Shown here: positions 34,405 to 40,468 of the stretch, in pieces
Position numbering within the stretch: position 1 is the stretch's first letter
Layout: every line of letters begins with the position of its first letter
Assembly (NCBI GenBank): GCA_964343135.1
Contig: CAYFGR010000002.1
Span: 1-40,468 of the forward strand
From: an uncultured Dehalococcoidales bacterium
GTDB lineage: Bacteria > Chloroflexota > Dehalococcoidia > Dehalococcoidales > JAUYDJ01
Length of the DNA stretch: 40,468 nt
Reading direction: 5' to 3'
Made by a program: the position numbers and the translations under genes
The notes under the pieces: generated by a model
Databases searched by the model: none
Told to the model about the DNA's origin: nothing
What the model saw: only the letters and a program-made list of their open reading frames with translations

Positions 34405-35459
34405 TGATTACGGTAAAAATAGCGGGTAGACTGGTGGGCGATGGCGAGCCTTGCTTTATCATTGCCGAAGCGGGGGTTAATCACAACGGTGATATTAAGC
34501 TGGCCCGGAAGTTGATTGATGTTGCCAAAGAAGCTGGTGCCGATGCCATAAAATTTCAAACCTTTAAGGCGGAGGAGCTGGTAACCAGAAATGCCGAAAA
34601 GACCGCGTATCAAAGGGAAACTACGCCCGCCGAGGAATCCCACTATGATATGGTAAGGAAACTGGAGCTTGCCAGGAAAGATTTTAGAGAGTTATTTGCC
34701 TATGCTCAAGAAAAAGGAATGATATTCCTCTCCACTCCGTTTGATAAAGGTAGTGTGGATTTGCTGGACGAACTGGGGGTTACCGTGTTTAAGGTCGGCT
34801 CCGGAGAGATTACCAATTTCCCCTTGCTCAAGTATATTGCCCGGAAAAGCAGGCTGATTATTTTATCTACCGGTATGGCCACCCTGCCCGAAATTGAGGC
34901 GGCCCTGGAGACGATTAAAGGGGGAGGCAGTAATGATATTATACTGCTCCACTGTGTCTCCAGCTATCCGGCAAAAGTAGAAGATATGAATCTCCGGACG
35001 ATGCAGACATTAAGGGACACATTCAAGCTACCGGTCGGCTTGTCTGACCATTCGCGGGGCATTACAATACCGGTAGCGGCGGTTGCGTTGGGAGCCTGCC
35101 TGATTGAAAAGCATTTCACCCTGGATAATAGCCTTCCGGGTCCTGACCACCAGGCATCGCTGGAGCCGGACGGACTAAAGCAGATGGTAACCGCGATAAG
35201 AGATGTGGAAAAGGCAATGGGTGATGGGATAAAGAGACCTACCGTGGTCGAGGAAGCAATTAAAAAGGTAGCTCGGCGCAGCATAGTGGCTGGGGGAGAT
35301 ATTCCCCGGGGAACAGTGATTACCAGGGAGATGCTAGATATTAAAAGACCCGGGACTGGGCTTGAGCCAAAGTACCTGGGAGAGATTATCGGGAGAACCG
35401 CGGAAGTCACGATAAAGAAGGATGAAATCATAACCATAAGTCAGTTACGGGGTAAGTAG
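34404..35459 (+). CDS. neuB: NeuB-family nonulosonate (N-acetylneuraminate/legionaminate/pseudaminate) synthase with C-terminal SAF domain
   Basis: Motifs are CFIIAEAGVNHNGDIKLARKLIDVAKEAGADAIKFQTF, KVGSGEITNFPLL and GLSDHS. The C-terminus is IKRPGTGLEP...I. The ATG overlaps the upstream stop (TGATG). Family-level symbol. Confidence 0.88.
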   Translation: MITVKIAGRLVGDGEPCFIIAEAGVNHNGDIKLARKLIDVAKEAGADAIKFQTFKAEELVTRNAEKTAYQRETTPAEESHYDMVRKLELARKDFRELFAYAQEKGMIFLSTPFDKGSVDLLDELGVTVFKVGSGEITNFPLLKYIARKSRLIILSTGMATLPEIEAALETIKGGGSNDIILLHCVSSYPAKVEDMNLRTMQTLRDTFKLPVGLSDHSRGITIPVAAVALGACLIEKHFTLDNSLPGPDHQASLEPDGLKQMVTAIRDVEKAMGDGIKRPTVVEEAIKKVARRSIVAGGDIPRGTVITREMLDIKRPGTGLEPKYLGEIIGRTAEVTIKKDEIITISQLRGK

Positions 35460-36452
35460 GTGAAGGTCGTATTCATTGGTATCGTTAGTATCGGGTGGCA
35501 CTGTCTCAAGTCACTGTTGGAAAGCGGAGCTAATATCGTGGGGATAATCACGGCGGATAAGCAGGAAATGATAAAAAGATCACACATGCACGCCGATTAT
35601 TTCAGCGAGTTTGAGGACTTAGCCCAGGAATACGGCGCCCCTTTGTATAAGATAAGGGATGTCAGTATTCCACTCGACGCCAAAAGAATCAGGGAGCTAC
35701 AGCCAGACATAATCTTCTGCATAGGCTGGCCTCAGATGGTCAAAAAAGAACTTCTGGAAATCCCGAAACACGGGTGCATTGGTATTCATCCAACGCTGCT
35801 ACCGGAGCGTCGGGGAGGCGCCCCGATTAACTGGTGCCTGATAGACGGCTTGACCAAAAGTGGAGTGACACTCTTCTATTTTAGCGAAGGGGTGGATTCC
35901 GGCGATATTATTGCTCAAAGGGAGTTAGAGATAGCCCTAGAAGATACCGCCGGTAAAGTTCTAGACAAGGTGACCGATACCTCTGTGGAACTCATCAAGG
36001 AGTGTTATTCCCTTCTGGGAAAGGGAAAAGCCCCCCGTCTGCCTCAGGATGATACCAAAGCCACTTACACCCCCCGCCGCCGCCCCGAAGACGGGGCTAT
36101 TGATTGGAGTAAAACCTCATTCTCCATTTATAACTGGATAAGAGCTTTGACTTTGCCTTTCCCGGGGGCTTTTACTTATTGGAACGGAGAAAAGATAATT
36201 GTATGGGAATCAGAACTATTAATGGGATATAAGCCACGATTTGGTGCTCAACCGGGCGAGATTTTAGATATTATGGATAATAATGGAGTAGCCGTCGCCA
36301 CCGGGGACAGTTGTATTCTGATTAAGACCGTTGAAGCCGGTGGACAAACCATGAACAGTTTTGAATTGATACAGAAATACAGGATTACAACTAGCGCTAT
36401 TCTGGGGGAGAAAAAACATGGCTGGAGTGCTGGTAATCGCACCTCACCCTGA
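35460..36452 (+). CDS. Fmt/ArnA-like formyltransferase (probable sugar N-formyltransferase)
   Basis: Motifs are GIHPTLLPERRGGAPINWCLIDG and TLFYFSEGVDSGDIIAQ, plus a C-terminal Fmt-like beta-barrel domain. It is distinct from the housekeeping fmt at 8286. The GTG start directly follows the upstream TAG. Confidence 0.8.
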   Translation: MKVVFIGIVSIGWHCLKSLLESGANIVGIITADKQEMIKRSHMHADYFSEFEDLAQEYGAPLYKIRDVSIPLDAKRIRELQPDIIFCIGWPQMVKKELLEIPKHGCIGIHPTLLPERRGGAPINWCLIDGLTKSGVTLFYFSEGVDSGDIIAQRELEIALEDTAGKVLDKVTDTSVELIKECYSLLGKGKAPRLPQDDTKATYTPRRRPEDGAIDWSKTSFSIYNWIRALTLPFPGAFTYWNGEKIIVWESELLMGYKPRFGAQPGEILDIMDNNGVAVATGDSCILIKTVEAGGQTMNSFELIQKYRITTSAILGEKKHGWSAGNRTSP

Positions 36453-37086
36453 CGATGAAGTATTGGGTTGTGGGGGGACGATTGTAAAACATGTCTCGGA
36501 AGGAGATGAGGTTTATCTCTGCATCGTCACCAAAGCCTATCCCCCGGAATGGTCTGAAAATGAGATACGGGAGAGAAGAGATGAGGTGCTCAAAGTGAGC
36601 AAAATACTCGGTATAAAAAAGACCTGTTTCCTTGATTTGCCTACGGTAAAACTGGATACTATACCGCAAAAGGAGCTTAATGACCTCATCGGTCAGGTAG
36701 TAAACCAGGTGCAGCCGGGCATCGTTTATATTCCCCACCGGGGAGACGCTAATCGGGATCACCGGTTGGTTTTCGAGGCGGCGATGGTGGCTACAAGGCC
36801 AAAACCGGGCGCAACCGTCAGTAAAGTCCTCTGCTACGAAGCGCTATCCGAGACAGAGTGGGTAGCACCCTTTGTTCAAAATGTCTTTATGCCCAACGTA
36901 TATGCCGATATCTCCGCGGTACTGGAGATTAAGCTGAAAGCGATGTCAGAATATCGGCTTGAGCTTAAAGAATTCCCTCATCCGCGTTCCGTGGAAACTC
37001 TGACGGCTCTGGCTCAGATGAGAGGGGCTGCGGTTGGAGTAACCGCTGCCGAAGCTTTTATGCTGGTAAGGGAGATAAGGATATAA
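36418..37086 (+). CDS. PIG-L/LmbE-family N-deacetylase
   Basis: VLVIAPHPDDEVLGCGGTI and HRGDANRDH are zinc-binding signatures. It overlaps the upstream gene by 35 nt. Confidence 0.85.
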   Translation: MAGVLVIAPHPDDEVLGCGGTIVKHVSEGDEVYLCIVTKAYPPEWSENEIRERRDEVLKVSKILGIKKTCFLDLPTVKLDTIPQKELNDLIGQVVNQVQPGIVYIPHRGDANRDHRLVFEAAMVATRPKPGATVSKVLCYEALSETEWVAPFVQNVFMPNVYADISAVLEIKLKAMSEYRLELKEFPHPRSVETLTALAQMRGAAVGVTAAEAFMLVREIRI

Positions 37087-38235
37087 ATGAAGAAAGTAGC
37101 GGTAGTTACCGGAAGCAGAGCCGAATATGGCATCCTCTATCCGGTGCTGAAGGCAATAGAAGCTCACCCGGAGTTAAGGTTGTCTCTGGTCGTTACTGGA
37201 ATGCACCTTTTGCCTGAATTTGGCTACACCGTCCGAGAGATTGAGAGTGGTGGCTTCAAAGTTGATGCCAGAGTGGATATGCTGCTGGGCAGTGATACGC
37301 TGGGAGCAATGGTAAAATCAGTAGGTATGGGCATTATTGGCATGGCACAAACCTGGGAGCAACTAAATCCGGATATTATTTTGGTGCCGGGAGACAGGGG
37401 AGAGCCTCTGGCGGCGGCTATTGCCGGAGCATATATGAACATTCCGGTAGCCCACATTCATGGTGGGGATAACCCAAGGGCAGGCCTTGATGAATATGCT
37501 CGTCATGCCATCACCAAGCTTGCCCATATTCACTTTCCGGCCACCGGGACGAGTGCGGAAAGAATTATCAAGATGGGTGAGGATGAGTGGAGGGTGCACA
37601 TGGTAGGCTCCCCGACGCTGGACGTTATTCTGAATGAGAGTTTACTTTCAGCCGAAGCGCTGACGGAAAAGCTTGGGATAGATTTATCTCGGCCGTTGAT
37701 TTTGCTCGTTCAGCATTCGGTAACTACTCAGGTGGACGAGGCAGCAAGGCAAATGAGAGAAACCTTAGAGACGATTGTGGAAATGGGCAATCCCACTGTT
37801 CTGATATACCCTAACTCGGATGCGGGCGGCCGGCGGATGATAGAAGTGATAAAGGAATATGAAAAATTTAACTTTCTTACAACCTTTAAGAGTTTACCTC
37901 GTAAAGAATATCTTAGCCTGATGAAGGCAGCCGGTGTCATGGTGGGAAATTCCAGCAGCGGGATAATTGAAGCGCCTTCCCTCGGATTACCGGCGGTGAA
38001 TATTGGTATCCGCCAGGAGGGAAGGGAGCGGGGTGAGAATGTCATTGACGTTGGTCATAATAACCGGGAAATAGTAACAGGGATAGAAAGAGCCCTCACT
38101 GATGAAGGATTCCTGAAAGCAGTCAAAAAGTGCCAAAGTCCCTACGGGGACGGCAGGGCAGGGTCCAGGATAGCCGAAATTCTGAGCCAAATAGAGATTA
38201 CTCCCCAGTTGCTCCAGAAGAAAATGACATATTAA
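37087..38235 (+). CDS. neuC: NeuC-family hydrolysing UDP/GDP-N-acetylhexosamine 2-epimerase
   Basis: Motifs are KKVAVVTGSRAEYGILYPVLKAI, GDRGEPLAAAIAGAYMNIPVAHIHGGD and MVGNSSSGIIEAPSLGLPAVNIG. The ATG abuts the upstream TAA. Family-level symbol (could be LegG). Confidence 0.88.
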   Translation: MKKVAVVTGSRAEYGILYPVLKAIEAHPELRLSLVVTGMHLLPEFGYTVREIESGGFKVDARVDMLLGSDTLGAMVKSVGMGIIGMAQTWEQLNPDIILVPGDRGEPLAAAIAGAYMNIPVAHIHGGDNPRAGLDEYARHAITKLAHIHFPATGTSAERIIKMGEDEWRVHMVGSPTLDVILNESLLSAEALTEKLGIDLSRPLILLVQHSVTTQVDEAARQMRETLETIVEMGNPTVLIYPNSDAGGRRMIEVIKEYEKFNFLTTFKSLPRKEYLSLMKAAGVMVGNSSSGIIEAPSLGLPAVNIGIRQEGRERGENVIDVGHNNREIVTGIERALTDEGFLKAVKKCQSPYGDGRAGSRIAEILSQIEITPQLLQKKMTY

Positions 38236-38251
38236 ATTGCGGAGACCTGGT

Positions 38252-38659
38252 ATGGATAAGAGGTTCACAGACTGGAAATACCCGGAATTTGACGAGAAGG
38301 GAATGACCCGGTGGAACTGGATGTGCCAGTATCATGAGAATTTGAAGCTGGGTAAGAATACTGATATCGGGGCATTTACCTATATAAATGCCAAATATGG
38401 AGTTGAAATACAGGAAGATGTGCAAATCGGCTCCAATTGCTCCATATATTCCTGGTCTACAATTGACGACAAAAGAGGCAAAGTAACGATAAAGAAAAAT
38501 GCTAAAATAGGTAGCCACAGTCTTATCATGCCTGGCGTTACCCTGGGCGAAAATTCCGTTGTGGGCGCATTCAGTTTCGTAACCAAAGATGTCCCCGATA
38601 ATGTAACGTTTTTCAGTATGCCTAAAAAAGTTATTGGACAGCGAAAGCAAAGTAAATAA
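38252..38659 (+). CDS. Left-handed beta-helix (hexapeptide-repeat) acetyltransferase
   Basis: Hexapeptide repeats are IGAFTYINAKYGVEIQEDVQIGSNCSIYS and IGSHSLIMPGVTLGENSVVGAFSFV. The ATG at 38252 (GGAG 7 nt upstream) is preferred over the TTG at 38237. Confidence 0.8.
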   Translation: MDKRFTDWKYPEFDEKGMTRWNWMCQYHENLKLGKNTDIGAFTYINAKYGVEIQEDVQIGSNCSIYSWSTIDDKRGKVTIKKNAKIGSHSLIMPGVTLGENSVVGAFSFVTKDVPDNVTFFSMPKKVIGQRKQSK

Positions 38660-38668
38660 GGACAAAAA

Positions 38669-39811
38669 ATGGATTGGAAAATTCCTCTCTTCAAGATATA
38701 TTGGGATGAAGAAGATGTCCGGATGATAACGGATACCATCCGGAGGGGTATGTCCTGGACAATCGGTCCCCATATCGAAAAGTTTGAGGCGATGCTTGCC
38801 GATTATGTCGGAACAAAATACGCCGTGGTATTCAACTCGGGAACCTCCGCCCTGCATGCCGCGCTATTAGCCCATGGCATCGGGGAGGGGGACGAGGTTA
38901 TTGTACCTTCATTCACCTTCATAGCCACGGCAAATGCGCCTCTTTTTGTCGGTGCCCAGCCAGTATTTGCCGATATCGAGGAGGAAACTTACGGGCTCGA
39001 ACCAGAGGATGTGAAGAGAAAGATTACCGGAAAAACTAAGGCAATAATAGTGGTACATTATGGGGGGTGTCCCTGTAAAATCAGGGAAATACGGGAAATT
39101 GCTGAAGACCACCGGTTAGTCTTGATTGAGGACGCTGCGGAATCTCTCGGAGCGACGATTGATGGTGATAAAGTGGGCACCTTTGGGGCTTCGGCGATGT
39201 TCAGTTTTTGCGGGCCCAAGATAATCACCACTGGGGAGGGGGGGGTACTCGTAACCGACTTAAGTAGTGTCCTCGAAAAGATGCAACTCATCAGGTCACA
39301 TGGTCGACTTCAGACACAGAATTACTTTTCATCGGCAGAATATCTTGATTATATAACAGTGGGCTACAATTTCAGGATGTCTGACATCACCGCCGCGCTG
39401 GGAATAGCGCAACTTAAAAAGATAGCACAAATAATTAAAATGAGAAGAGAAAATAGCGCTTATATCACCCAAAAATTGAGCGAGATAGCGGAAATTAAGG
39501 TTCCATTGCCTCCTAAAGAGAGCTATCATATATACCAAATGTATTCTATAGAAATCAGGGACGGTAAGAAAACCAGAGATGACCTCGCTAGTTACCTAAA
39601 TAATAAGGGAATAATGACTAAAGTCTACTTTGAACCGGTCCATCAAACCTATTTTTATAAGCACGAACTTGGCTATGACGATAAGCTGCCGGTTACGGAA
39701 CAGGTATCTTCAAGAATACTAACTCTGCCTATGTATCCATCACTCATAGAGGAAGAGATGAATTTTATTGTGGAGGAAGTTGTTGCTTTCTTTTCATCGG
39801 TAAATAAATGA
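38669..39811 (+). CDS. DegT/DnrJ/EryC1/StrS-family PLP sugar aminotransferase (PseC/LegC/PglE-like)
   Basis: Motifs are AVVFNSGTSALHAALLAHGIGEGDEVIVPSFTFIATANA, IEDAAESLG, and FSFCGPKIITTGEGG with the catalytic Lys. Confidence 0.88.
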   Translation: MDWKIPLFKIYWDEEDVRMITDTIRRGMSWTIGPHIEKFEAMLADYVGTKYAVVFNSGTSALHAALLAHGIGEGDEVIVPSFTFIATANAPLFVGAQPVFADIEEETYGLEPEDVKRKITGKTKAIIVVHYGGCPCKIREIREIAEDHRLVLIEDAAESLGATIDGDKVGTFGASAMFSFCGPKIITTGEGGVLVTDLSSVLEKMQLIRSHGRLQTQNYFSSAEYLDYITVGYNFRMSDITAALGIAQLKKIAQIIKMRRENSAYITQKLSEIAEIKVPLPPKESYHIYQMYSIEIRDGKKTRDDLASYLNNKGIMTKVYFEPVHQTYFYKHELGYDDKLPVTEQVSSRILTLPMYPSLIEEEMNFIVEEVVAFFSSVNK

Positions 39812-39824
39812 GAGGGTAAATAGA

Positions 39825-40468
39825 TGGTAGACACATTTCGAGATAAGAATATATTAATTACCGGTGGTACCGGCTCTATCGGCAGTGAGATAGCTCGAAA
39901 GATTTTACGATACGAACCCAAGGTGGTAAGGATTTTCAGCAATGATGAAAATGGGCTATTCACTCTGGAGCAGGAGCTGGGGGGTAATCTTAAAGTAAGA
40001 TTCTTATTGGGGGATATTAGAGACAAGGAAAGACTCGGGAAGGCTATGGAGGGTATCGATATTGTATTTCATGCCGCTGCTTTAAAGCATGTCCCCTTCT
40101 GCGAGTACAATCCTTTTGAGGCGATAAAGACCAACGTTATCGGTACTCAGAATGTCCTTGAGGCAAGCTTGAATGGAGAAGTGCAAAAAGTAGTTTCTAT
40201 TAGCACGGACAAGGCGGTTAATCCAGCCAGCACCATGGGAGCTACCAAGCTACTGGCAGAAAAACTGGTTATCGATGCCAATTATTATAAGGGCGATAAG
40301 AGAAAGGCCGTTTTTTTCTCAGTGAGATTCGGCAACGTTATCAGCTCGCGGGGCTCGGTTATCCCGTTTTTTGCCGAGCAAATAACAAAGGGGGGGCCAG
40401 TGACTATCACCGACTTAAGGATGTCGCGTTTTATTATGTCTCCCAACCAAGTGATTGATTTGCTCTTT
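39825..40468 (+). CDS. CapD/PseB/PglF-type NAD-dependent nucleotide-sugar 4,6-dehydratase (3' end outside the window)
   Basis: It is absent from the ORF track because no stop is reached. My translation is MVDTFRDKNILITGGTGSIGSEIARKIL...LLGDIRDKERL...IVFHAAALKHVPFCEYNPFEAIKTNVIGTQNVLEA...VVSISTDKAVNPASTMGATKLLAEKL (SDR TGxxGxxG and YxxxK-type motifs). A GAGAGGG RBS lies upstream. Confidence 0.8.

Noticed and set aside
38198-38857. 219-aa minus-strand ORF
   Set aside because: It is antisense to the acetyltransferase and aminotransferase genes of the operon, with no RBS and no recognisable domain.

Overview
This 40.5-kb chromosomal window looks origin-proximal: it carries dnaA and a candidate oriC. 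The host uses Cheo-type (GAAC-N4-GTTC) SOS boxes and many TTG/GTG start codons. My low-confidence guess is a Chloroflexota/Dehalococcoidia-like lineage; the taxon cannot be proven from the window. The window has three parts. (1) 1-6 kb: a 5'-truncated htpX with an odd zinc-ribbon tail and tRNA-Gly(CCC), followed by a ~4.7-kb decayed prophage remnant. The remnant holds a frameshifted portal pseudogene, a terminase-large C-terminal fragment, an SOS-box-controlled Cys-rich HTH gene and an excisionase-type HTH gene. It encloses two tandem paralogous secreted proteins (4x IPT/TIG-like repeats, an FN3-like module and a C-terminal TM anchor). (2) 6-25.2 kb: housekeeping core with lysC, tRNA-Pro(CGG), mazG, fmt, dnaA, obg, nadD, an Isf-type flavoprotein, gyrB, hisS, rel, rpsT, lexA, a class II aldolase, ilvE, a stand-alone PAS protein, and a pyrF-DUF951-dinB operon. 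(3) 25.3-40.5 kb: a compositionally distinct glycan island that runs off the window edge, AT-rich at its left end. It encodes all six enzyme families of a legionaminic/pseudaminic-type nonulosonic acid (NulO) pathway. It also encodes an unusually rich tailoring set: a B12-binding radical SAM enzyme, an Fmt-like formyltransferase, a PIG-L deacetylase, a Zn-ribbon methyltransferase, a Gfo/Idh/MocA oxidoreductase and a second long DegT aminotransferase. The island further carries a short Maf/DUF115-like candidate transferase, a 62-aa ORF and a 615-aa AT-rich orphan protein. No flagellar gene is present in the window. This island, possibly acting on the surface proteins at 2.4-5.7 kb, is my best candidate for an undescribed system. 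I saw no CRISPR array, rRNA, integrase or transposase. All calls rest on reading the sequence and translations by eye; no database search was run.
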